Below, piece after piece: positions 1 through 9,759 of a DNA stretch of 64,000 bases; within the stretch, counting starts at the first letter, position 1; every line of letters begins with the position of its first letter. The notes under the pieces were generated by a model. The model was not told where the DNA came from, did not search any database, and was given only the letters and a program-made list of their open reading frames with translations. This stretch comes from Candidatus Fervidibacter japonicus. GTDB lineage: Bacteria; Armatimonadota; Fervidibacteria; Fervidibacterales; Fervidibacteraceae. The DNA is taken from the NCBI GenBank assembly GCA_002898575.1, contig BEHT01000014.1, forward strand, positions 6,480 through 70,479, given 5' to 3'. The position numbers were made by a program, and so were the translations under genes.

Positions 1-497
1 GCCAGTGTGTTCAAGATGAGCAAAACGGCGGCGGCGTTGTTGTTGACGACCGTCGCCGCTTCTGCGCCTGTTAGCAGGCAGAGCAGTTTTTCTACCCGCA
101 AGTCGCGGAAACTCCGTTCGCCCGTGACTTCGTCCACTTCCAACGCGCACGGGCGCGTGGCGGCTTCCACCAGCCGCTGCACAGCGTGGGGCGAAAGGAG
201 CGACCGCCCCAACCCCGTGTGAACGATGATGCCTGTCGCGTTGATGACACGGGGCATCAACGGGACGACTTCCTGCCACAACACCGTTTGCGCCCGTCGC
301 GCCACTTCTACTGCCGTCGGCACCGCTATCGTGCCGTCGCCGCGCAAAATTTGCTGGCGCGCTTTGTCCAGCGCGCGTCGGATGGCTTCCGTCACCAACG
401 GGCGCGGGACTTCCTTCAGCAGCTGCTGCGCCGCTTCCGTCTCCAATACCTCGTGGACAGCGGGCAACTGCCGCAGCAACGCCTGCCGGTCTGTCAT
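1..497 (-). CDS. selA: L-seryl-tRNA(Sec) selenium transferase, 5' part (runs off the window start)
   Basis: Hand translation from ATG at 497: MTDRQALLRQLPAVHEVL...PRVINATGIIVHTGLGRS...GAEAATVVNNNAAAVLLIL. This matches the SelA signatures VINATG..HTNLGR and VNNNAAAV. Not in the ORF track because its stop lies outside the window. Confidence 0.9.
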   Translation of the reverse strand, partial: MTDRQALLRQLPAVHEVLETEAAQQLLKEVPRPLVTEAIRRALDKARQQILRGDGTIAVPTAVEVARRAQTVLWQEVVPLMPRVINATGIIVHTGLGRSLLSPHAVQRLVEAATRPCALEVDEVTGERSFRDLRVEKLLCLLTGAEAATVVNNNAAAVLLILNTL

Positions 498-526
498 CGC
501 ACCATCACCCGCAAAAATTGTCGCCG

Positions 527-2923
527 TCAACGCCGCAACCGCAACGCGTTGCCGACGACCGTGACGGAGCTGAGCGCCATCGCTACCGCTGCAATCATTG
601 GGTTGAGTTTGCCCAACGCCGCCAACGGTAACGCTGCCATATTGTAGGCAAACGCCCAAAACAGGTTTTGCACCATGACCCGTTTGGTGCGGCGCGCCAA
701 CCGCAAAAATTCCACCAAAACCGTCAACCGCTCCGCCACCAACAGCACATCCGCCGCTTGAGCCGCCAAATCCGTGCCTGTCGCGATGGCGACACCGATG
801 TCCGCTTGCGCCAACGCGACGGCGTCGTTAATGCCGTCACCGACCATCAGCACGCGTTCGCCTTGCTCCTGCAACTCTCGCACCCATTGCGCTTTCCGCT
901 GGGGTGTCGCTAGTGCCAACACATCGTCGCAGCCCAGTTGTCGGGCGACCCGCATCGCCGCTTGCGGTTTATCGCCCGTCGCCATTAGCACCTTGATGCC
1001 CATCGCCTTCAACTGCTGAACGGCTTCCACCGCGTCGGGACGCAACGCATCGGTGAGCGCGATGCAACCTGCCAATACCCCGTTGACCCACACACCGACG
1101 ATATTCCAACCGTTGTCCAGCCATGTAGCGACAGGTGCATCGGCAGGCAACTGCTCTGCGTCCACCGCGCCGACAAACACTTCAGCGACGGCGTTTGCAG
1201 GCGCAACGGTCAAATGGCGCCCGCTAACGGATGCGACGGCGACAGGTGCCGCAAATTTCGCCCGCACGCCGACACCGACTTCCGTGCGGATTTCCGTCGG
1301 CGCTGGCAGCGCCAAATTGCGCTCCTTTGCCGCTTGCAGGATGGCGCGGGCGATGGGGTGCAGTGACCCTTGCTCGGCAGACGCCGCCCAGCGCAGCAGT
1401 TCGTTGGCGTCGCCGTCAAACGCCTCGCCGACCCAAACGGCAACGACTTTCATCTGCCCTTCGGTAGCCGTGCCCGTTTTGTCAAGGACGACAGTGGTGA
1501 TGGCGGCGGCGGTTTCCATCGCTTCGGCGTTGCGCACCAAAATGCCCCTTTGCGCCAACCGTCCTAGCGCGACGGCGATGGCGGTCGGCGTCGCCAAACC
1601 CATTGCGCACGGACACGCAATCACCGTCACAGCGACGGCAGCGGTAAAGGCTTTAGTGGCGTCACCGCTGAGGAGCATCCAACCGGCGAAAGTTACCGCC
1701 GCCAACGCCAGCACGCCCGGCACAAACACCGCCGCCACTCGGTCGGCAAGGCGCTGCATCGCCGGCTTTGTCGCTTGCGCTTCGTTCATCAGGCGTGCCA
1801 TTTGCTCAACGAAAGTGCTTTCACCGACCCGCAATGCTTCCACTTTCAGAAAACCATCCACGCACAAACTGCCGCTCACCACTTCATCGCCTTCATCTTT
1901 GACGACAGGCACGCTTTCGCCCGTCAACAAACTTTCGTCCACGCTCCCTTTGCCTGCCACGACGACGCCGTCAACGGGCACGCGTTCACCTGTCCGCACT
2001 ACCACGATGTCGCCGATTTGCACGGCATCCAACGGTATCGTTTGCTCTTTACCGTCGCGCACAACTGTCACAGCGGACGGCAGCAAACCCGTCAACTTGC
2101 GCAGCGCAGCGGTCGCGATGGTGCGCGCCCGCGCTTCCAACCCTTTGCCCAAACTGACGGCGGAAAGGATGAAGGCAGCGCCGTCAAAGTAGAGGTGCTG
2201 ACTGTGCCCATGGCTTTGAGCGATAAGCGCCCAAAGGCTGTAGCCGTAAGCGGAGATCGCCCCGATGCTGACGAGCGTGTCCATCGTGGCGGTGCGGCGC
2301 AACGCCGCTGCCATAGCGCGCCGCAAAAAGGGTGTGCCGACCCACAAGACGACGAAAGTCGTCAACCCGCCAGCCGCCCATTGCGCCCACGGTTGACGGA
2401 CCAATGGCGGCAACATCGTCAAGCCCATGATGACCAGCGACAGCGCCAACCCGACCCATGCCCGCGCCCACGCCGCTTGGGCTTCGTCAGCCGTTGCCTG
2501 TTCCGCTGATAACCCTTCCACAAATTGCGCGACATAACCCAACGCCTGCAATTGTCGCTGCAATGCGTGGCGGCTCGTCACACCGTCAAGGTAACGCACG
2601 ATGACTGCCGGTGCGGGCGCCGATGCGGGTTCAACGGCGATAATGCCGGCGACGGCGCGTAACGCTTGAATAGCGGTGTCGTTTAGCGGTGCGTTGAGCG
2701 CAAAAGTAGCGGTGTGAGTCACAAGGCGGTAACCTGCTCGTTCAACGGCGTCCACCATCGCGCGAAAGTCAACGCCGTCGTCCACTTCCACTAACGCCCG
2801 CTCCGTCGCGATGTTGACAGACGCATCCCGCACGCCCTTGACGCTTTTCAGGGCGTCGGCGACGGTTTCAGCGCAAGAAGCACAGTGCATCCCTTGCACG
2901 GACAGGCTGAAGCGACGGCTCAT
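527..2923 (-). CDS. copA: Heavy-metal (Cu+-type, P1B-1) translocating P-type ATPase
   Basis: N-terminal HMA GMHCASC, TGES, CPCAMGLATP, DKTGT, HP, GDGIND, YN and MALSS motifs. Start placed at ATG 2923 behind an SD-like GGGGTGA; the ORF is open to 2953. Confidence 0.92.
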   Translation of the reverse strand: MSRRFSLSVQGMHCASCAETVADALKSVKGVRDASVNIATERALVEVDDGVDFRAMVDAVERAGYRLVTHTATFALNAPLNDTAIQALRAVAGIIAVEPASAPAPAVIVRYLDGVTSRHALQRQLQALGYVAQFVEGLSAEQATADEAQAAWARAWVGLALSLVIMGLTMLPPLVRQPWAQWAAGGLTTFVVLWVGTPFLRRAMAAALRRTATMDTLVSIGAISAYGYSLWALIAQSHGHSQHLYFDGAAFILSAVSLGKGLEARARTIATAALRKLTGLLPSAVTVVRDGKEQTIPLDAVQIGDIVVVRTGERVPVDGVVVAGKGSVDESLLTGESVPVVKDEGDEVVSGSLCVDGFLKVEALRVGESTFVEQMARLMNEAQATKPAMQRLADRVAAVFVPGVLALAAVTFAGWMLLSGDATKAFTAAVAVTVIACPCAMGLATPTAIAVALGRLAQRGILVRNAEAMETAAAITTVVLDKTGTATEGQMKVVAVWVGEAFDGDANELLRWAASAEQGSLHPIARAILQAAKERNLALPAPTEIRTEVGVGVRAKFAAPVAVASVSGRHLTVAPANAVAEVFVGAVDAEQLPADAPVATWLDNGWNIVGVWVNGVLAGCIALTDALRPDAVEAVQQLKAMGIKVLMATGDKPQAAMRVARQLGCDDVLALATPQRKAQWVRELQEQGERVLMVGDGINDAVALAQADIGVAIATGTDLAAQAADVLLVAERLTVLVEFLRLARRTKRVMVQNLFWAFAYNMAALPLAALGKLNPMIAAVAMALSSVTVVGNALRLRR

Positions 2924-3067
2924 CGCACTCACCCCACGAAAAGGATGCCTCACTCAATTCCGCCGTTCCCTGCGCGTGCGGAGGAGTTTATTGCTCATGC
3001 GCCTCAGCGAGCCGGCAAAACCGTTTGTGTCGCAGTACCTTGGGGGCGACGCGTATCGGCTGAGGGC

Positions 3068-4054
3068 TTATGGGACAAATGCCCGCAAGCGTCCGACCAC
3101 TTCACCGTGCAAGGTCTTGACGGGCGGTTCAGCGTAATCGCTGAGCGCTCGCATTGCGTCATCCGTCAGCCAACTCAAATGGCGCAGCAATGCGACGACG
3201 GCGACAGGGGTCGCCCGATGGTTGCCATCCTGCACCTTGACGGCGATGCTGCGCCCATCTTGAAACGCGCCCGCAAATAAACCTTCTGCACCGCCTTTGC
3301 CGACATATTTGCCGCCGGTCGCTTCCATGATGCGGGTGTTCCAATGCCCTTTGCCCGCCACCATGTCAGGGTGTTGCGCCATCGCTGTAGCCAAGCGCTG
3401 CGCCGCTTCGCCAAAGGCAAACTTGCCTGTTACGAAGCGATGGAACGCCAAAGCAATCGCCCGCAGCGGTGACGCCCAAATCGGCGCACCGCAACCGTCC
3501 GATATCACGGTCATCGGCAACTGGGGGTCATCGGTCGCTGCCACCAATGCTTGTGCGATAAGTTGCTGAACGGGATGGTTGGGGTCGCAGTAACTGTGCA
3601 ACGGGGCGCCGATGTGTTTGGCAGCAAGCAACATAGCGGCGTGTTTCCCTGAACAGTTGCCGTGCAACGGCGACGGTGTTTGTCCGTCGCGGATGAGCCG
3701 CTCCCGCTCCGCCGCATCGAACGGCTCGTGCGTGCCGTTTTGCAAATAGGCAGCGGTCAAGCCCCCTTTGGCGAGCATCCCTTGCACGACGGTGACATGC
3801 TCTGCGCTGCCTGCATGAGAGCCGCACGCAATTGCTAACTCCCTCAGCGTCAACCCGAAAGCATCGGCGGCGCCCGTCGCCACGACGGCGATGGCTTGAA
3901 AGGGTTTTGCTGTGCTGCGCCAATAAGTGACCCAGTCGGCGTCGCCAAAGGCAGCGACCGTTTGCCCGTTTTCGTCCAGCGCGACAGCGTGGATGAGGTG
4001 CACCGCTTCTGCGATGCGTCCTCGCCACACTTCCACGCGAATCGGCGGCGCCAT
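3068..4054 (-). CDS. L-asparaginase II family protein
   Basis: RSTAKPFQA, CGSHAG, NCSGKH, KGGAEG and KVQDGN motifs of the Rhizobium-type asparaginase II family. Start placed at ATG 4054. Confidence 0.88.
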   Translation of the reverse strand: MAPPIRVEVWRGRIAEAVHLIHAVALDENGQTVAAFGDADWVTYWRSTAKPFQAIAVVATGAADAFGLTLRELAIACGSHAGSAEHVTVVQGMLAKGGLTAAYLQNGTHEPFDAAERERLIRDGQTPSPLHGNCSGKHAAMLLAAKHIGAPLHSYCDPNHPVQQLIAQALVAATDDPQLPMTVISDGCGAPIWASPLRAIALAFHRFVTGKFAFGEAAQRLATAMAQHPDMVAGKGHWNTRIMEATGGKYVGKGGAEGLFAGAFQDGRSIAVKVQDGNHRATPVAVVALLRHLSWLTDDAMRALSDYAEPPVKTLHGEVVGRLRAFVP

Positions 4055-4115
4055 CCTTTGTGCCCCTTCCTTTGCAGCCCTTTTGGAAGTTGCGTGCTGC
4101 ACATGTGTGGGCAGT

Positions 4116-5450
4116 TCAAAAGTTTGGGCGCCCTTGCCGCACGCCGGCTTTCTGGCGCTCTTCACGGGTCAACTCAAACAGCGTGCGGATGAGTTCCGCT
4201 TCTTCGGGCGTCGCTTCAACCTTGCGGCGCGCCAGAACGCGCCGGTGAGTTTCCAGCGCGCTTTCCAGCAGCAATTCAACGGCATCACCTTGCCCGCCGA
4301 TGCTTTTCGCCCAAATCGTGAAACTGGGCACATCGTCCACTACAAAGCCGTGCAGGTGGCTGAAGACGCCGATGCGTTTGCCCGTGCAAATCAGCGTGCC
4401 GATGGACGTTTTCACATGGTCGCCGATGAAGCAGCCGACCTTCGTGCCCGCGTCCACTTTGCCTTCACCTTCAACGGTGACGCGGACGCTGCCGTAGGTG
4501 TCTTTTAGGTCGCTGTTGGTCGTCAGCGCGCCTAAGTTGACCCACTCGCCGACATACGCGTGCCCCAAAAAGCCGTCGTGATACTTGTTGCTGTAGCCGT
4601 GCAGGATGCTCTCTTCCACCTCGCCGCCGACGCGACAGACATCGCCGATGTTGCTGCCTTCGCGGATTTTGCCGCCGACGATCCATGTGCCCCTGCCGAT
4701 GTAAGCGGGTCCCTCAATGCGGGTCGGCGGGTAGACGACGGTGTTGTCGCCGATGTAAATCGGTCCGTGCGTGACATCCAAAACGACGGTCGGATGGACG
4801 ACTGCGCCCTTGCCCAAATAGACACGGGACGCATCGCCGCCGTAAATGACAGCACCTTGCTCCAATTTGCCCTCGCTCCCTTTGCCCGCTGTCGCCGACG
4901 CAAACTCGGCGGCAATCAGTTCGGCGTTGTGGTCAATGAGTTGCCAAGGGTAGCGGAGCAAGACGGCGTCAGACACTTCCACGCGCGTCGTCGCAGCCTC
5001 CAAGAGCGATTGAAAGTCGGCATCGGTCAACGGTTCACCGTCGCTCAAAGTCGGCAAAACTTTCGCCGCCGCTGCTTCGCTCAAATACGCCGCCACCAAC
5101 TCGTTGCCTTGTGTGTAAGCGGCGCCTTTTTCAACGGCATGCACCCGTTGCGCCAGTTCGGGGGTGACCAGCAGCCGCCCGTTAACGAACAGCACGCTTT
5201 TGCCGTCCAGCCGCTCCAACTCGTTGACGAACACGCCTTTACTTTTCAAACAGTGGCGTAAAGTCGGCGCAAGGTAACTTCGCGTGTGGATGTGCGTTTC
5301 AAACCCCTCCGCACCCGCCTGCCGAAGCGCCTGCACGACTTTTTCCCATAGCGCAAAGATGCCCGTCCGCAGCAGGCACACGGGACGCGTCCAAGTCAAC
5401 GGCTTGAAATTAACCCACTTGCCGTCTTCAAACAAAACAAGGGCGTCCAT
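4116..5450 (-). CDS. GlmU-related sugar nucleotidyltransferase-like/hexapeptide acetyltransferase
   Basis: N-terminal 'PLTWTRPVCLLRTGIF' domain followed by a left-handed beta-helix with SNKYHDGFLGHAYVGEWVNLGA.T.NSDLK. Confidence 0.8.
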   Translation of the reverse strand: MDALVLFEDGKWVNFKPLTWTRPVCLLRTGIFALWEKVVQALRQAGAEGFETHIHTRSYLAPTLRHCLKSKGVFVNELERLDGKSVLFVNGRLLVTPELAQRVHAVEKGAAYTQGNELVAAYLSEAAAAKVLPTLSDGEPLTDADFQSLLEAATTRVEVSDAVLLRYPWQLIDHNAELIAAEFASATAGKGSEGKLEQGAVIYGGDASRVYLGKGAVVHPTVVLDVTHGPIYIGDNTVVYPPTRIEGPAYIGRGTWIVGGKIREGSNIGDVCRVGGEVEESILHGYSNKYHDGFLGHAYVGEWVNLGALTTNSDLKDTYGSVRVTVEGEGKVDAGTKVGCFIGDHVKTSIGTLICTGKRIGVFSHLHGFVVDDVPSFTIWAKSIGGQGDAVELLLESALETHRRVLARRKVEATPEEAELIRTLFELTREERQKAGVRQGRPNF

Positions 5451-5581
5451 CGCTCATCCCCACGGTTCGTGCGGCGGATTTGGCAGTTAAGATTTTAGCG
5501 TTCAGGTTCCGTGACATGACAGCACCGTGCAGGCGGATGGGGCTTTGAACGACCGCGTCACAATAGACGACGGTGACGGCG

Positions 5582-7672
5582 ATGTCGGGGCGCATTGCGG
5601 TCGGCGATCTCGTTTGGGAAGCGGACGAACACCGGCGCCGGTTCCGCTTGTGTTCGCCCGCGTTCACGCTGACGCTGGGTGTCACGGGACGGCGGCAAGC
5701 GGTGGTGCTGGAGTGGCGCGATGAACGGACAAAAAGGCAGTGGGTCAAAACGCCCGCACCACTGTTCGCCTTCGCCACGACGCTTAACGGTGTGCCCGTC
5801 ACTTCGCTGCAACCCACCAACGATGCGGGCGCTCTCGTGTTTGACGGCGCAGAGCCCGAAACGGGCGACGGTATTTTGACCGTGCGTTTCCGCTTGCGCC
5901 ATGAGCGCTTAAACCTCATCGCCCTCGTGACCCTACGGGCGTTTGACGGCACGGCAGCGCTGGAAACAGGCTTTACGCTCCGCAACGAGGGCGACGAACC
6001 TGTGACCGTTAGCGGTTTAGACCCGCTGCTGCTGACGCTCCATTGCGATCGTCCCTTGACCGTGTTCACGCTGACAGGTGGGCATTACGACGAAAAGTTT
6101 CCGCCCAGCGGGTTCACCCTTTCCGAGCACGCGTTGCACGATGATACGACGGTGCAAATTGAATGCGGGAGTGCAGGACGCTCTTCGCAAAAAGACATCG
6201 CTTGGTTTGCTCTGGCGGAAAGGGACGACGGCGTCGTGACGGGAGGGTTGATCGGCGGGTTGGCGTGGAGCGGGCGATGGCGTGGAACGATAACCCGAAA
6301 AGGCGACACGCTCGTCGCGCGCTTGGGTGTAACGGAAGTGACGCATCGGCTCGCCCCACTGTCCGAACTGCAGTCGCCGTCGGCGCTCCTTCTGCCCTTT
6401 GCCGGCGACTTGGACGATGCAGGTCGGCAGTGGCACGAATTTTTGCGGCGTTTTTGGTGCCCGCCCTCACCGCCCGACTTTCCTTGGGTGCAGTTCAATT
6501 CGTGGTTCGGTTGGACGACCCACATTGACGAAGCGACGCTGATGCGTGAAGTGGACATCGCCGCTGAGTTGGGGTGCGAAGTGTTCGTCGTGGACGCGGG
6601 TTGGTATGACGGTTGCGACGCAGGCGATTTCGGGCACGGCTTGGGTAACTGGACAGAGCATCGGGGCAAGTTTCCCAACGGCTTGAAAGCCTTTGCCGAC
6701 TATGTGCACCGCAAAGGCATGAAGTTTGGGCTGTGGGTGGAGCCTGAACGCGTTGACTTGCAAACCGAACTGGCAAAACAACATCCCGATTGGTTCGCCA
6801 AACGGGACGGCAAGGTCATCGGGGGTGGGCGTTACGGGCATTTGTGCTTCGGCAACCCGCAAGTGGTGGCGTGGTGCAAAGAGCGGTTGACGCATCTCGT
6901 CGCCGCTTACGATGTGGATTGGCTCAAGTGGGATTACAACATTGCCTACGGGCTGGGTTGTAACGACCCGACGCACGGGCACCAAGACGGCGACGGCACT
7001 TACGCTCACACCCTCGGCGTTTACGCCGTCAAAGCATTTTTGCGCACAAAATTTCCGCACTTGGTCATAGAAGGCTGCGCCAGCGGCGGTCATCGGATTG
7101 ACTTTGGCATCGTGCGTTTTGTGCACACCTATTGGCTGAGCGATTTCACCCATCAGGCAGCCAATGTGCGGTTTCACTTGACAGGCGCCTGGTTTGCGCT
7201 GCCGTCCCGCTACTTGAACACATGGGTCGTGCATGACGGCACAAGCGCCGCAGAATTTCGCAGCCGTATGGGTGGCGCTTTCGGTCTCTCAGCCCGCCTA
7301 GCGGAATGGGACGCTGCGACGCGGGAACGAGCGCGACGGCACATCGCCGAATACAAGCGTCTGCGCCCGTTTGTGCTGCAGCGCCGTTTTACACTAACGC
7401 CGCAAGCCCAATCGCTGCGCGCATGGACGGTGTGGCAATTTCACGACCCCACAAGCGACAGCGGCGCCGTTTTGGCGTTTCGGGATCAATCGCCGCAAGA
7501 ACGCTTCACCGTCCGCTTAAAAGGGCTTGACCTCGCAAAGCGTTACGAACTGCACAACGCCGACACCGGTGAAACGCTAACGCAAACGGGCGAACATTTG
7601 TTGCGCGACGGTGTGACCCTCACTATCTCCGAGCCGGGCGGCAGCGCTTTGTGGTGGGTGCGGGGTGTTTAG
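5582..7672 (+). CDS. Alpha-galactosidase, glycoside hydrolase family 36
   Basis: QFNSW, FVVDAGWY, GMKFGLWVEPERV, LKWDYN (nucleophile) and IEGCASGGHRID motifs, plus a GH36 C-terminal domain (LKGLD...Y). The ORF is open from 5573. Confidence 0.9.
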   Translation: MSGRIAVGDLVWEADEHRRRFRLCSPAFTLTLGVTGRRQAVVLEWRDERTKRQWVKTPAPLFAFATTLNGVPVTSLQPTNDAGALVFDGAEPETGDGILTVRFRLRHERLNLIALVTLRAFDGTAALETGFTLRNEGDEPVTVSGLDPLLLTLHCDRPLTVFTLTGGHYDEKFPPSGFTLSEHALHDDTTVQIECGSAGRSSQKDIAWFALAERDDGVVTGGLIGGLAWSGRWRGTITRKGDTLVARLGVTEVTHRLAPLSELQSPSALLLPFAGDLDDAGRQWHEFLRRFWCPPSPPDFPWVQFNSWFGWTTHIDEATLMREVDIAAELGCEVFVVDAGWYDGCDAGDFGHGLGNWTEHRGKFPNGLKAFADYVHRKGMKFGLWVEPERVDLQTELAKQHPDWFAKRDGKVIGGGRYGHLCFGNPQVVAWCKERLTHLVAAYDVDWLKWDYNIAYGLGCNDPTHGHQDGDGTYAHTLGVYAVKAFLRTKFPHLVIEGCASGGHRIDFGIVRFVHTYWLSDFTHQAANVRFHLTGAWFALPSRYLNTWVVHDGTSAAEFRSRMGGAFGLSARLAEWDAATRERARRHIAEYKRLRPFVLQRRFTLTPQAQSLRAWTVWQFHDPTSDSGAVLAFRDQSPQERFTVRLKGLDLAKRYELHNADTGETLTQTGEHLLRDGVTLTISEPGGSALWWVRGV

Positions 7673-7721
7673 CGGGTCAGGAGCACGATGTTGCCAAAAT
7701 CTTGGGCGGTGAATTGGGAAA

Positions 7722-9098
7722 ATGCCGAAGCCCGTCGTCGCAATCGTCGGGAAGCCCAATGTCGGTAAATCGGCGCTGTTCAACCGTTTGGTCGGCAAGC
7801 GCATCGCCATCGTGGACGAGACGCCGGGTGTGACCCGTGACCGCATCGCGGCGGAAGTGGAGTTGTCAGGGCGGCGGGTGATTTTGTTTGACACGGGCGG
7901 CATCGACCCATCGCTGGAAGACACACTGATGGCACGGGTCGTTGACCAAGTGCGCATCGCCCTTGCGCAAGCCGATGTCATCGTGTTTCTGGTGGATGGA
8001 CGGGAAGGACCCAGCCGCACCGACGGGGAAATCGCCGAGATGCTCCGCAAATCGGGCAAGCCCATCGTGTTCGCTGCCAACAAGGTGGACGAACCGCACA
8101 CGCCGGTGGCGGACTTTTGGGAGTTGCGGTTGGGGGAACCGATACCCATCTCGGCGTTGCACGGGCGCAATGTGGACAGGTTGAAAGCCGCCATCGTTGC
8201 CGCCTTGCCCCCACCGCCGCCAGATGAGACGCTGCCGCCTGAATGGACTGACGCCGTCAAGGTTGCCATCGTCGGACGCCCCAATGTCGGCAAGTCAGCG
8301 CTGCTCAACGCCTTGCTGGGCGAAGAGCGGGTCATCGTCAGCCCCATTCCAGGCACGACCCGCGACGCCATTGACACGCCCTTTGAATGGCGAGGGCACA
8401 AATTCATCCTGATTGACACGGCGGGCATTCGGCGCAAAGCGCAAATCAAGGCGCCGCTGGAATACTACGCCGTCGTGCGGGCGTTTGGGGCAATTGACCG
8501 CTGCGATGTCGCCGTGTTAGTCATTGACGGCATGGAAGGTGTGACGCGTCAAGACGCCCGCATCGGCGGTTACGCCCACGAACAGGGCAAGCCGACGGTG
8601 CTCGTCGTCAACAAGTGGGATGTAGTGCGCGAAAAGTTAGATGAGCAAAGCGCCACACCCGCTCAACTGCGGCGCCGCGAAAAACTGCTGCAAAAGGATT
8701 TCGCCGAGTTTCTGCGGGGCGAACTGTGGTTCTTGTCTTACGCCCCCGTCATTTACACCTCAGCGACGCAAGGATGGAATGTGACGGAGGTGCTGGAAAA
8801 GGTTCTGTGGTGCTACCAGCAAAGCCGGCGGCGCATCACGACAGGCGTGCTCAACCGGACTTTGCGTCAGGTCATCGGCGAACATCCGCCGCCGTCAGTC
8901 AAAGGGCGGCAGGTCAAGGTCTACTATGCAGCGCAGGTAGAGGTAACACCGCCGACCTTTGCGTTGTTTGTCAACGACCCCGCTTTAATGCCGGAGCACT
9001 ACCTTCGGTTTTTGGAACAACGGCTGCGGACAATTTTTGATTGGCACGGCACGCCCATGCGGTGGGTGGTGCGTCCCAGCCACGAACGGAAACCTTGA
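7722..9098 (+). CDS. der: Ribosome biogenesis GTPase Der (EngA)
   Basis: Two tandem GTPase domains (GKPNVGKS/DTGG/NKVD and GRPNVGKS/DTAG/NKWD) plus a KH-like C-terminus. Confidence 0.97.
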   Translation: MPKPVVAIVGKPNVGKSALFNRLVGKRIAIVDETPGVTRDRIAAEVELSGRRVILFDTGGIDPSLEDTLMARVVDQVRIALAQADVIVFLVDGREGPSRTDGEIAEMLRKSGKPIVFAANKVDEPHTPVADFWELRLGEPIPISALHGRNVDRLKAAIVAALPPPPPDETLPPEWTDAVKVAIVGRPNVGKSALLNALLGEERVIVSPIPGTTRDAIDTPFEWRGHKFILIDTAGIRRKAQIKAPLEYYAVVRAFGAIDRCDVAVLVIDGMEGVTRQDARIGGYAHEQGKPTVLVVNKWDVVREKLDEQSATPAQLRRREKLLQKDFAEFLRGELWFLSYAPVIYTSATQGWNVTEVLEKVLWCYQQSRRRITTGVLNRTLRQVIGEHPPPSVKGRQVKVYYAAQVEVTPPTFALFVNDPALMPEHYLRFLEQRLRTIFDWHGTPMRWVVRPSHERKP

Positions 9099-9174
9099 CA
9101 CCGTGTTGTCACTGCAATCACCCGTTGTCAAAATAATTGTGGCTGTTACGAACCCTTAAGGAGGTGGTTGTGGT

Positions 9175-9462
9175 ATGACGAAAGCGCAGTTGGTGTCTAA
9201 AGTGGCGGAACGGACGGGTCTGACCCGCAAGCAAGTCCTGCAGGTTGTGGACACTTTGTTCGGTGTCATCACGGAAACTCTCTCTAAAAAACGCAACACC
9301 GAGCCGGTCAACATCACAGGGTTTGGTCGGTTCGCCGTGCGGCAGCGCCCGGCACGCGTAGTGCGCAATCCCCGCACGGGTGAAACGATGCGCAAGCCGG
9401 CGAGTCGCGTTCCTGTCTTCCGCCCCGCAAAACAGTTGAAGCAAGCCGTTTCCGGGTCGTGA
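9175..9462 (+). CDS. hup: HU/IHF family DNA-binding protein
   Basis: MTKAQLV..VAE..GL, GFGRF and RNPRTGE motifs; GGAGG SD upstream. Confidence 0.95.
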   Translation: MTKAQLVSKVAERTGLTRKQVLQVVDTLFGVITETLSKKRNTEPVNITGFGRFAVRQRPARVVRNPRTGETMRKPASRVPVFRPAKQLKQAVSGS

Positions 9463-9505
9463 CGGTTACTGTTTGCGGCTGTCTTTCTGACCCCATCCGC
9501 TTGAT

Positions 9506-9540
9506 AGCGCCCACTCAATGGATGTGGGCGCTTTTATTTT
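9506..9540 (+). terminator. Rho-independent terminator after the HU gene
   Basis: AGCGCCCAC-loop-GTGGGCGCT stem followed by TTTATTTT. Confidence 0.8.
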
Positions 9541-9759
9541 GTCTATGGCGTAGGGCAACTTTACGCATCAACGCATCCATCCCATAATCTTGGCGGTCTT
9601 GGCACAGCACTTTTGCGTCCCTTTTGCTCTCTCTGTGCCGCAATTTCAAGCACGGTTCCGCCTCAGTCGGCAGTGACAAACAGGCTGCAAAGTAACTTTG
9701 CCTTACGCGCGGGCGTTAAAAAGGGTCGGATGCCGGCGACGCAAACGGAGGTCAACGCG

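Noticed and set aside
1053-2192. Long antisense ORFs (e.g. 1053-2192, 27341-28684, 31437-32366, 60898-61815, 7577-8449)
   Set aside because: They lie opposite well-supported genes, carry no motifs, and are expected shadows of GC-rich codon usage.
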